64,000 bases of DNA, from contig OX597827.1 in assembly GCA_951406725.2 (NCBI GenBank), forward strand, positions 39,990,001 through 40,054,000, in the 5' to 3' direction. The notes under the pieces were generated by a model, which worked only from the letters and a program-made list of their open reading frames with translations, was not told the DNA's origin and did not search any database. This document shows, piece after piece, positions 26,626-38,007 of the stretch (positions within the stretch are counted from its first letter, which is position 1; each line of letters opens with the position of its first letter). The DNA comes from Octopus vulgaris (lineage: Eukaryota). Position numbers and translations under genes: made by a program.

Positions 26626-26732
26626 ATTTCTTATACGATGCACCGTTTCATCTATTGTTTAATGGTAAACTAACCTGATTAAATTAAATCAAGCCAATCT
26701 TCCATAGGCCCTTAGATTCGTCAGTAAGAAAT
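26626..26732 (-). ncRNA. Type I hammerhead ribozyme (mirror copy, on the host gene's sense strand)
   Basis: Reverse complement of 27114-27220. Confidence 0.8.
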
Positions 26733-27113
26733 AGCCAGCTCGGAACAGATATTTTCACGAGGCACTTCTGTCCCTGCCTCGGCAATATCTGACCTAAAAT
26801 TTTCAAATCATCGCACTCGCGCCAAATTTATCGGCAGCAAATAAATATAAGCCGCCGATTCCATTACGGAATCAACCAGAAAATTCATAATTAATCAATA
26901 TAGGGTGGCAAAAAAAAAATTTTGTAGAATTTTTTTGCCACCCTATATTGATTAATTATGAATTTTCTGGTTGATTCCGTAATGGAATCGGCGGCTTATA
27001 TTTATTTGCTGCCGATAAATTTGGCGCGAGTGCGATGATTTGAAAATTTTAGGTCAGATATTGCCGAGGCAGGGACAGAAGTGCCTCGTGAAAATATCTG
27101 TTCCGAGCTGGCT

Positions 27114-27220
27114 ATTTCTTACTGACGAATCTAAGGGCCTATGGAAGATTGGCTTGATTTAATTTAATCAGGTTAGTTTACCATTAAACAATAGATGAAA
27201 CGGTGCATCGTATAAGAAAT
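27114..27220 (+). ncRNA. Type I hammerhead ribozyme with extended stem II
   Basis: Stem I AUUUCUUA (27114-21)/UAAGAAAU (27213-20); CUGACGA (27122-28); stem II AUCUA/UAGAU enclosing a long hairpin; GAAA (27197-200); self-complementary stem III ACGGUGCAUCGU; GUA cleavage triplet (27210-12). Confidence 0.85.
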
Positions 27221-27452
27221 TACAGGGTAAATGTTTTTTAATTTTCTCCTGGTTTGCGGAATTAATGTTATTTTGCGGTTGAAGCTTTGGCTGTTATTTC
27301 TAGTGGGTGAATGGCCTATTATGGCCGTTCCTTGATTGTGATGTTGAACTTATAAATGGTCTATGACTATTTAATTTTTTCCCACTAGGCCGCTGGTGGC
27401 AAAAAAAAAATTCTACAAAATTTTTTTTTTTTTGCCACCCTATATTGATTAA

Positions 27453-27487
<35 letters not shown>

Positions 27488-28628
27488 CATACATCAAGTA
27501 GTTATATACACATTCACTAGATTCATGCCAGGGACTATCTATTACAATCTGTTAATTAGTAATTATCTAAATGCTTGAAATGAGATGTCAATGAGATTAT
27601 AATTCTTCAAAAGGATCTTTATTTCTGATCTAAAGTTAATAATCCATTAGCCTATTGACCTAGTACACCTATAATCATATTGTCAATTAGTAATTCTAGG
27701 TTACTTTTGGCAAAACACACAGGAAGTATGACACTAACTGCTTTATTGCAAAGAGCATAACTTGTCAAAAAGTTTGGTTTTCACCTAAATATTATCCTAG
27801 AGCAATATTAAATATATTTTAGACATATATATTCATATTCTGAAATAAAATCTATTTATGTAACAATATGCTCAAAGTTATCAACATTATAATCAATGTG
27901 GAAGATGCTACATGATGCTTACTGTAAAATGCCTCTGTTATGAAATATATCCATGCCATAAATTTTAATGGATATATAAGAGCGATTTTGGGGTCCTGTC
28001 ATACAATTCTCAATTTCTCTGATGACAAATCTGTGAAATCAATCACTTGCATCACCTATATACAGGTAGAGTCTTGTTTCCATATTTCTTGAAACTTTCA
28101 CAAAGGTGGAAGATTCTTTCATATTTTTAGAAGGAGTTATTCTTTTATCTTATTTATTTATTACAAGTATGTATACCAGAGTGGGGGCACATGGCCTAGT
28201 GGTTAGAGCAGCTGACTCGTGGTCGAGGGATCGGGGGTTTGAATCTCAGACCAGGCGATATGTGTGTTTATGAGCGAAACACCTAAGCTCCATGGAGCTC
28301 CAGCAGAAGGTAATGGTGAACTTCTGCTGACTCTTTCGCCACAACTTTCTCTCACTCTTTCCTCCTGCATCTTGCAGCTCACTTGTGATGGACCGGTATC
28401 CCATCCAGGTGGGGAACCTATATGCCAAGGAAACCGGGAAACCAGCCCTATGAACCAGGCATGGCTTGAGAAGGAACAAACATGTATATCATAGTCCTCT
28501 GTCTTTCTACCCTACTGGAACAACATTGTGTACAGTGAAACAGTCCAATGTGCAAATGACAGTTTCTGCCCCTCGAGCCAAGCTTGTGGGCTGTCCCAGT
28601 GCTGTTTGAGTTGTAGTGATGTCTGGTT

Positions 28629-28800
28629 CTCTCTCTCAGTATAGAGGATTTGATAGGATCCAAGTCTGGGCAGTACAGTGTGGAAGACAGGTTGTTGCTC
28701 ATGCAACATGTCCCTACTCTCCACATCATAGATGGACCTAAAGGGACAGTGCAGCCATTTCAATTTTCCAAATAGTAATGTGTATGTATATATATGTATA

Positions 28801-28841
<41 letters not shown>

Positions 28842-29442
28842 GATATTAAGCATAAGCCACACAATTATTTTTAATGCTATGCACTTTTGTGTATCCTTTA
28901 ATCAATTTTGCAAAGTATCAAGACATTTCAATTTGTGTATAGAAAGTTTACTTTTAATATATATGTGCACATGCATGCACACGCATGCACACACACACAG
29001 AGACTACTGTGGTTGTCACTAGTGATACCACTGTAGCCAGTACCCTCTCTCTCAGTATAGAGGATTTGATAGGATCCAAGTCTGGGCAGTACAGTGTGGA
29101 AGACAGGTTGTTGCTCATGCAACATGTCCCTACTCTCCACATCATAGATGGACCTAAAGGGACAGTGCAGCCATTTCAATTTTCCAAATAGTAATGTGTA
29201 TGTATATATATGTATATGTATGTGTGTGTGTGTGTGTTAGATATTAAGCATAAGCCACACAATTATTTTTAATGCTATGCACTTTTGTGTATCCTTTAAT
29301 CAATTTTGCAAAGTATCAAGACATTTCAATTTGTGTATAGAAAGTTTACTTTTAATATATATGTGCACATGCATGCACACGCATGCACACACACACAGAG
29401 ACTACTGTGGTTGTCACTAGTGATACCACTGTAGCCAGTACC
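28629..29442 (+). repeat. Tandem duplication, 416 + 398 bp
   Basis: 28629-29044 and 29045-29442 look identical except for the (TG)n length (18-bp difference). Confidence 0.9.
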
Positions 29443-30072
29443 AAGCTTCAACTATAGTGGAACAACTGTTACTGCTGATTCTTACCACCAGACTCAGTCG
29501 ACTTGTTTGGATCTTCATACATAGATACTAATAACTAACCACTGAGGGAAACTGCTACATTTGGTACGAATAAAGAAAGAGACAATAATGGAGATTATCT
29601 TTCTTTTATCTTTATCTGTTTCAGTAATTACAAACACACACATAACAATGTAGTCTCTGATAAACAAAATGAAGGGATGGTCACAATGGAGCACCTTTGA
29701 TTTGTAGTTCTATTTAATGGTAATTAACCTAGGGTTAACCATCACAAGCAGCAACAAGTGTGGTAGCTACAATATTAACACGGTTCTTATCACAAGAGCT
29801 GGGAGCTAGCATTCAGGAATTTAAAAAAAAAACAAAGGTCGTGGACAAGTCATTGAGGGAGCTTCCATATGATTGCCCATCCTGGTAGAAAGAGCAGCCA
29901 AATCTCCTTCTTCAAGTCACAACTTATGAACTTGGACAATATAGTCTAACACATAGAAAAATATCTGCTTATCATACTCGGTATGCTTTTTAACATAGAT
30001 CCTGTCCGGATGAGGGCTGATCTGGGCCTAAACAACAAGTGTGTGAAAAAGAAATGACCAGAGCATCTTTAC

Positions 30073-30557
30073 CTGTTGTCCAAATTGTCCATAGTCATTG
30101 TCCTCTGTCGTCGGTCCTGCTTGCTCAACTTGTGATTAGTCCGCATGCTCTCTGGAGTTCCAGCGCTTGCTGGCCGCATTGTCTCACTGAGAGTTCTGCG
30201 AGGTGGATGGCTGGTCTTTGAGGAATGGCCCCTATCAAGAGTTCTCACTTCAGCAGAGCCACTGTCCTCAAATACTTCATTGCTGCTGTCGACGATGTTG
30301 TTTCGGCTGCGATGGCTGAAGCTTTGACTGCGCTTCAAGTGGCGCAGCTTGTCTTTGCGAACAAAGTCAGGGAACCAGTCCCTCAGCATTGAGCTCTTCA
30401 TCACTCTGGACAGACCCCGTGGGTAAACAGTCTCAAGAAGTGGAACAGGACTCCCAGGACTCGGTGGTCCCTGATTGTAACTGTCATGGCAGTGAGCAGG
30501 ATGGTAGTAGTCAATGGAGCTATGATGTTGCCTCTCATCATGTTCGCACATCTCGTC
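30073..30557 (-). CDS. Internal coding exon of the CD20-like/FAM189-type gene (DEMCEHDERQ...TMDNLDN+AG)
   Basis: 485-nt open frame with a tttctccAG acceptor and GTaaag donor; phase 0 in and phase 2 out, matching both neighbours. Confidence 0.88.
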
Positions 30558-30564
30558 CTGGAGA

Positions 30565-30880
30565 AATAATAATAATAACAATAACAATAACAACAATAAT
30601 AATAATATTAATAATAACAATAATAATAATAATAAATGCCACTAAGCATAATAACAATAATAATAATAATAATAAATGCCGCTAAGCATAATAACAATAA
30701 TAATAATAATAATAAATGCTGCTAAGCATAATAACAATAATAATAATAATAATAAATGCCGCTAAGCATATTGTCCGATTAAGTAACAACTCTGCCAGCG
30801 CTCTGCCTTAATAATAATAATAACAATAACAACAACAACAACAACAACAACGACAGCAGCAGCAATAATGATAACAATAA
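30565..30880. repeat. (AAT/AAC)n with a ~39-bp higher-order repeat x4 (…aataaatgccgctaagcat)
   Basis: Visible tandem units directly upstream of the exon acceptor on the minus strand. Confidence 0.85.
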
Positions 30881-31637
30881 TAAGGGACCTTTTGAGCAGG
30901 ATGGGCTACTTGACCAGAAGAAATTTCTAACTGGGCCCCACCTGCAAGGTCATGTGCTGTTTATCTTGATATGAGATCACCATGTCGTGCACATATGGCT
31001 GTGATGCATGTGCCTTGTGTACCCTTATCAGACGGGTAGTCATGATGGGTATATTGGGTTTCATATATTTTACCCCAGTGTCACTTTGATGGCATGCACT
31101 GCTCTTTCACTCAACAACAATAACAATAACAATAATAATAATAATAATTATTATTATTATTATTATTATTATAATAAAAATATTGTCTATGTGATTCCAA
31201 AAATAAATTAATCTGTAAGCATTATCAAATGTACATAATAGCAAATACTTTTTACTGTCACCTTACGACCACACTGTCATCTTATCATCAAATTACTTTT
31301 AAAACAAACTTTTAATTTTCTTGTTTTGACAGACATTCTCTAGTACAATGCCACTAAGCATTTTGCCCAGCATGCTAACAATTCTGCCAGCACCACCACA
31401 ATAACAATCATCACAGCAACAACAACAGTAAAATGCAAAAAGCAACAATCAAACACCAACACAACAGGCAATAAAGACTGAAACCCTCCAATCCACAAAC
31501 TCATTGCTTAAATAGCCACTGCATATAGTGGTGTAATGTTATTGGATATACCAATTTACATATTAAATACATTCTTGCAAGCTGGTACATAAACATTAAT
31601 GACTTGTAGGTACACAGTATTTTATTATGCAACCATA

Positions 31638-32417
31638 ATCATCATCATCATCATCATCGTTTAACGTCCGTTCTCCATGCTAGCATGGGTTGGACGGTTC
31701 GACCGGGGATCTGGGAAGCCAGAAGGCAGCACCAGGCTCCAGTCTGATCTGGCAGTGTTTCTACAGCTGGATGCCCTTCCTAAAGCCAACTACTCCATGA
31801 GTGTAGTGGGTGCTTTTTACGTGCCACCTGCACAGGTGCCAGGCAAGGCTGGCAACAGCCACGATCGGATTGGTGCATTTTACGTGCCACCGGCACGGAA
31901 GCCAGTTGAGGCAGCACTGGCATCGACCACGATTCGGATGGAGCTTTTTACGTGCCGCCGGCACGGAAGCCAGTCGAGGCGACACTGGCATCGGCCACGA
32001 TTCGGATAGCGCTTTTTATGTACCACCGGCACGGAAGCCAGTCTAGGCGGCGCTGGCATTGGCCACCTTCAGATGGTGCTGTTTACGTGCCACCGGCTCA
32101 GGGATCACAACCGCAGTTTCCATTGATTTTGATGTCGGTGTACTTGACTCAATGGATCTCCTCAAGCACAGGGTCGAAATGGTGTTTCTTCACTTGCCCA
32201 CTGCACAGGAGTCAGTCCAGCGGTCCTGGCAACTGCCGGGTGCCAGTCATAGGATTGGTTCAATTTCGATTTCGATTTCACTTGCCCCAACAGGTCTTCG
32301 CAAGCAGAGTTTAGTGTCCAATGAAGGGGGGTTGGCATGGGTGCCTGTCGTCGGATGAGGTTCGATTTCGACTTCGCTTGCCTCAACAGGTCTTTGTGTG
32401 TCCAAGGGAGGAAAGAC
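31638..32417 (-). mobile_element. RTE 3' UTR/tail with a ~63-67-bp internal tandem module x5
   Basis: (cat)n tail at ~31638-31658, the shared RTE 3' module, and repeated tttacgtgccaccggcac. Related pieces: 44400-44635(+), 45690-46055(-), 48034-48215(-). Confidence 0.7.
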
Positions 32418-32599
32418 ATGCATATGCTATTTATAATATATTAAACGTTTTTATAAGTCAATACCATATACTACTGTGTTAGCAGTGCACTTAAATCATG
32501 TGTTGAGGTCATCTCTACAGATTTTCTATTTTGTTATGATGCTTCGTATCTGAGACATCAGATGTAAACAAACTATGAGATCGATGAAGAAATTGGATC

Positions 32600-33087
32600 G
32601 GTGCTACTTTGGAGTGTGATCTACAAGGAAGATAACTTTTGGTTACTTTTTAAATTATTTTGAACATACTTAGCATTGTAAATGCATTTTCTCAAAATTC
32701 TTACTATTTTAATAATAAGAAAACCCTATAATAATTAAGATAAGATAATTAAGAAAACCCTATAATAATTAAGATCACCCACCAAAGTAAATTTGCTCTC
32801 ATAGATCACAGAGAACGTAGCACTAATACAAAATAAACTAAAAAGTAACCTAAAGTAATCTCCCTTCAAATTGTAGATCACACACCAAAGTGGCACCTTT
32901 CTTTTCATAAGAAATGATGTGAATTTAGTGCTAGTTTCTTTTAAAAATGCAACTGCATTCGTCTTGTCATTGATGAGACTGTAAAAATCTTTGGCCAACA
33001 TCTTATGGGTTCTTTTAGAAATTGAAAAGTAAACTAAAAACTAACCTAAAGTAACCACCCTTATAGATCACATGCCAAAGTAGCACC
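32600..33087 (-). mobile_element. Merlin-like internally deleted DNA transposon
   Basis: 24-bp TIRs GGTGCTACTTTGG..TGTGATCTA at both ends plus an internal copy at ~32875-32897; degenerate 8-bp TSD attggatc/aatgggtc; ORF start MLAKDFYSLINDKTNAVAFLKE resembles a Merlin transposase N-terminus. Confidence 0.6.
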
Positions 33088-33115
33088 AATGGGTCTACAA
33101 TGTAATAATACTCAC

Positions 33116-33300
33116 ATCCCATTGATCCTCCTCCTTTTTCTTCTTCATGCGATAAACACGGTAAGTAATGAAGTAGGATAAAACACAGATCATAGTAACA
33201 ATCACGTAGATGGCAATGAGGACATACAGCATCTTTGGCAATGAGGACCTTATGGCCTGACAATTATCGTCGACTCCATAGAATGTCAGAATGAATGGAT
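33116..33300 (-). CDS. Coding exon with the last TM helix ((D)PFILTFYGVDDNCQAIRSSLPKMLYVLIAIYVIVTMICVLSYFITYRVYRMKKKKEEDQWD)
   Basis: gtttcAG/GTgagt sites; 185 nt, phase 1 in and phase 0 out; a hydrophobic helix followed by an RMKKKK stop-transfer; the NC.AIR..L...L.....V...IC.L pattern resembles FAM189/sarcospan. This frame is absent from the ORF track. Confidence 0.88.
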
Positions 33301-33779
33301 CTGAAACAATAAAGATAAAATTAGTAGTAAAAATAGTAGGTCATAACTAATAATAATAATAATAATAATAATGGTTTCAAATTTTGCCACAAGGGCAGCA
33401 ATTTTGCAGAAGGGGATGAGTCGATTACATTGACCCAGGTGCTAAAATGATACTTATTTTATTGAAACCAAAAGGATGAAAGGCAAAGTCAACCTTGATG
33501 GAATTTAAACCCATAATGTAAAGACAGATGAAATGCCACTAAGTATTTCACTTGGCTGCTTGCCGCCTTAATAATTATAAGAATGATTTCTTTTATTTGC
33601 CACTAGAGTGAAGGATGAGGAGGACAATACAAAGACATAAAGTGTAGGGGTTTATCTATGATGGAATGATAAACAAAAAGGGTACGTGATACACATTAGA
33701 AGAAGAGAAGTATACATAGTATACAACACTAGAAAAAGAAGGAAAAAAGTGATAGTGATGGGGTGCCCCTGATACAGGA

Positions 33780-34915
33780 GGACCTCTAGGGATAATCAAG
33801 AAACTCCATTATCCAAAATCACCCTGAATACCAAGGATGAGAGCCCTCTCCAACTTCTTTCTTCTGACTCACAGGTCTACACTGAGAGTGGAACCATCCA
33901 CTCTTGCCATTTTTGCAACTTTCACCCACCTTTTCATAAATTCACTTGCAGACAGCGCTCCCTCTCCACCCTCACTTACCTTTTCAAGTGAAACTTGAAA
34001 ATGTCCATGAGGGCTTTACCAAAGAGGAATGTCTCTGTCCTTATTCCTTTCAGGCTCATCCACCAGACAAAGGAAAACAGCCTTGCCTGCCCGATTAAAG
34101 GAGAGCGATAGTGCAATCATCATTATGGACTCAGCTGACAGATGGATCCGTCCCACACGTGATAGCAGCTGTTTGACATAATTCCACAAGTCAGCACTGC
34201 CCGGACACTGCATGGGTGCATACAGAATGGTTTTGTCACTCTGTGAGCACCTCGGACAAGCCTGTCTGACAGCACAATCTGTGCCTGTAGAGTTTATCTC
34301 TAACTGGTAGCACCCCACCTCCCAGTAGCACTACCAGGCCAAAGACATCTGGAAAATATCCATAGTAGTCCCTGACTGGAAAGTCCTCCAGAATTGACTT
34401 GCCAATTCATCTTCGTTGACGCCTAGGATCTCCCTGAGGATATCATTACACTTTCCCACTACTAATCCTCTGTATATAGCTAAAATGGAACATCCACCAA
34501 TCCAATTGCCCGACTTGTAGAGAAAAGTGGGCACCTGACGACATTCTAAGTGCCAGGTGCCCAGTCTCGGCCTATCCTTTACCCAGGACTGCAACTCTGT
34601 CAAGGAGACAAGCTGCAGAAAGGTGTGTCTCACAAACAGAGAACACACACATTCATCTTCAAAGAAATTGTTGCATGTGGGCAACCTGAGTGCATGTCTG
34701 TACATCAGAAGCCATGGCATGCCTAAGCTGCCACACAGAGGAAGCTGACAGCTCCAAGGAAATGTGCACTTTTCTAACAATTGTTCTCCAAACTACAGGG
34801 ATATGCTTAGAATAGTTCCATTCACTCCATTTTCACCCACCTTTTGACAAATTTAAAGGAGGAGAGTACTTCCCTCTCCACCCTCACTTTCTTTTTTCAA
34901 TAAAACTTGAACAAC
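33780..34915 (-). mobile_element. Decayed L1/Tx1-like LINE ORF2 C-terminus
   Basis: CPRCSQSDKTILYAPMQCP...LWNYV resembles the CxxC...E..H....C zinc knuckle; frameshifted ORFs at 34016-34780. Confidence 0.6.
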
Positions 34916-34998
34916 TTAATGAAGGCTTAACTGAAGAAAGCAAGGAACAAAGGTGTAACAGCAACATTTGAACCCAGAATGTTAAAATAACAATATCA

Positions 34999-35447
34999 AC
35001 CCTTTAGCATTTAAACCAGCCATATCCAGTCAAAATATTCTGTTTTGGGCCAGATGTGGCCTCTCACACCTACCTTGCAATGTCATTCTAAAAACAAATA
35101 ATCACATCATCGAAATCTCAAAGCTATGACATAATGTAAGATTAATTCAAAACAATGTGAATAAATAAACATTGTCTATGTGGAAGGGGTCGGGTCACTC
35201 ACAATGTCCACATGCTCTGTCTGCCACCATACTGTCTAGTCTAACACGTCTACTCTCATATGCTGTCCACTACCAACTGCCCGCTTATGCTTTGTTGACC
35301 CCACATGCCCACCATGGCCCTTCCAGTGGGACTCGCAGGCCCCACTTTCGACAGGACCTGCATTCTACCTCACTTCCAATCCTTCCCTCCAACACCGCCT
35401 GGCTCATAACACCACACTTTTGACAGAATAATGTGAACACTAAAGGG
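34999..35447. mobile_element. piggyBac-like MITE interrupted by a ~250-bp insertion
   Basis: caaCCCTTTAGcatt ... cacTAAAGGGttaa termini. Confidence 0.45.
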
Positions 35448-36557
35448 TTAATAATTACTTTCTGACTCAGCACATTGCCCAAGTCATCAAAGGAGGTCAA
35501 TTCTCCTTACTTATATCTGTGAGTCAATGCCTTTAACACTGATGACAGGAATGCACATCACAACATCTTCTGTCTAGGAATATATAATGCTATATAAGTA
35601 ACAGAAAGGCTTAACATTGCTTTTCATAGTAAAAAAGAAAAAAGAAGCCAATGGGATGGATATGAAATAACTAGATAGGTAAACAACAACAATGATAACA
35701 GCAACAACAACAAAAACAGCAGCAGCAGCAAGATGACAAGAAATCGTCCCCTCATAGCAACTGAACTGAACCCCTTCCTGTTACCTCAGAAGAGAACAAA
35801 TGAATTGATAGGAACTATTAGGTTTGTGAGAGCAATGACCTAATGCGAATGATGTCAATGATGATGGTGGCATGTAAGTGATAGCAGTGATAGGGAGGTG
35901 GTGGTGGTGGTGGTGGGATGGTGGTGGTAGAGGAGGAGGAGGAGGTGGTGGTGGTGGTGGTGGTGGTGGTGGTGAGATGGTGGTGGTAGAGAGGAAGTGG
36001 TGGTGATGTGGTGATAGTGAGGGGTGGGGATAATTATGGTGGTGGTGGTGTCGGTTATGGTTTAATGTAATGGTGATAGCAGTAGTGGTGATGGTGAGGA
36101 CAGCAGCAGCAGCAGTGGTAATGGTTGTGTTGATGGTGGCAGCAGTGGCAGTAGCTGTTGTTGCTGTTGTTGTTGTGGGGTGGGGATGAGGAAAAAAGAT
36201 GGTGCTGATGGCAGTAGAGCAAAATTCACCAATACACCAATGGGACACATCAATAGCAATTGCTACCATAACCTCCACCACTATCACTACTACCAACGCC
36301 ACCACCACCACCACCACCTATACCATCATAACCATTGACAGAGAAATTTTGAAGGCCCCACCAAAAGCCATCACCACAACTGCGACCCTACCGGAACTCC
36401 CCCCCTGGGGTTACTGCCGCTATCACTTTGTGTCATAGACACATCACCTTCTCCGCACAAGCTATTGTATCTTTAAATTTTGGCATTTTTATTAAAGTTC
36501 TCTTCCCAGCAAACCATATTAGAACTGAAGGGCAAATGATATCCAATACTTCCATTT

Positions 36558-36604
<47 letters not shown>

Positions 36605-37079
36605 CATGTACTTGTGTGTGTGTGTGTGTGCATGTACTTGTGTGTGTGTGTGTGTGTGTGCATGTACTTGTGTGTATGTGCAAACAAGCATATGTACACA
36701 CACACACACACAACACACTCACACACATATAACAGATAGACAGCCGGGTAGAGACGTGTCCATATACAAGATGTGTGTGTGTGTGTGTGTGTGTTTGAAT
36801 GTGTATATGTGTAAGTATGAAAAAGACAGACAGGCAGGCAGGCAGATAGACGCAGGCAGTCATGAATTTTCACAACATCATTAAGGATCATTAATGAAAA
36901 ATAAAATAATAGAAAATATAATTTATTTAAACCCTACAAATGTCCCTGCCATTCATGCATTCATTCATTCATTCATTCACACATTCAAAACAGAAAGGTA
37001 ATTATGGCTAAATGTCATATATTACATCGGTATATCCATACATATTTTCTTACACCTTTATATGTACATACTTGTATTT

Positions 37080-37087
37080 TATATATA

Positions 37088-37128
<41 letters not shown>

Positions 37129-37560
37129 ATATATATACACACCTACATATATATATATATACACATACATATATATATACACATATTTATACACATACAT
37201 ACATATATATACACATACATACATATATATATACATACATATATATATACATACATACATATATACATATATATATACATACATACATACATATATACAT
37301 ACATATATATATACATACATACATATATACATACATACATACATATATACATACATACATATATATATACATACATATATACATACATATATATATATAC
37401 ATACATACATATATACATACATACATATATACATACATACATACATATATACATACATACATATATACATACATATATATATATATACATACATACATAT
37501 ACATACATATATATATATACATACATACATACATATATATATATACATACATACATATAC

Positions 37561-37597
<37 letters not shown>

Positions 37598-37670
37598 CAT
37601 TCATACATATATATATACATACATATATATATATATACATACATATATATATACATACATATATATATAT

Positions 37671-37743
<73 letters not shown>

Positions 37744-37752
37744 CATACATAT

Positions 37753-37785
<33 letters not shown>

Positions 37786-37930
37786 CATACATACATATAT
37801 ACATACATACATACATATATATATACATATATATATATGTATACATACATATATATGTATACATATATATATATGTGCGTGTGTATACATATATATATGT
37901 GTGTATTTAAGTATGTATGTATGTATGTAT
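37080..37930. repeat. ~850-bp compound (AT)n/(ATAC)n microsatellite
   Basis: Visible in the sequence; source of the spurious 235-347-aa IY/HT ORFs. Confidence 0.97.
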
Positions 37931-37957
37931 GAATGCATTCACATTTCCTTATCTACT

Positions 37958-38007
<50 letters not shown>

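Larger units (their letters stand above)
26504..27452. mobile_element. Hammerhead-bearing retrozyme/Penelope-like insertion: 497-bp unit plus inverted duplication, within (TA)n
   Basis: Arms 26504-26916 and 26930-27342 are reverse complements with no indel (constant coordinate sum 53846). gccaccctatattgattaa recurs at 26937 and 27434. (TA)n lies on both sides. Confidence 0.8.

Noticed and set aside
31810-32100. CRISPR-like repeat/spacer appearance
   Set aside because: The 'spacers' are homologous to one another, the array lies in an RTE 3' UTR, the context is eukaryotic and there are no cas genes.
35511-35573. Possible extra minus-strand exon with good AG/GTaagg sites
   Set aside because: There are stop codons in all three frames, and the flanking exons already join in frame. 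A poison exon cannot be excluded.
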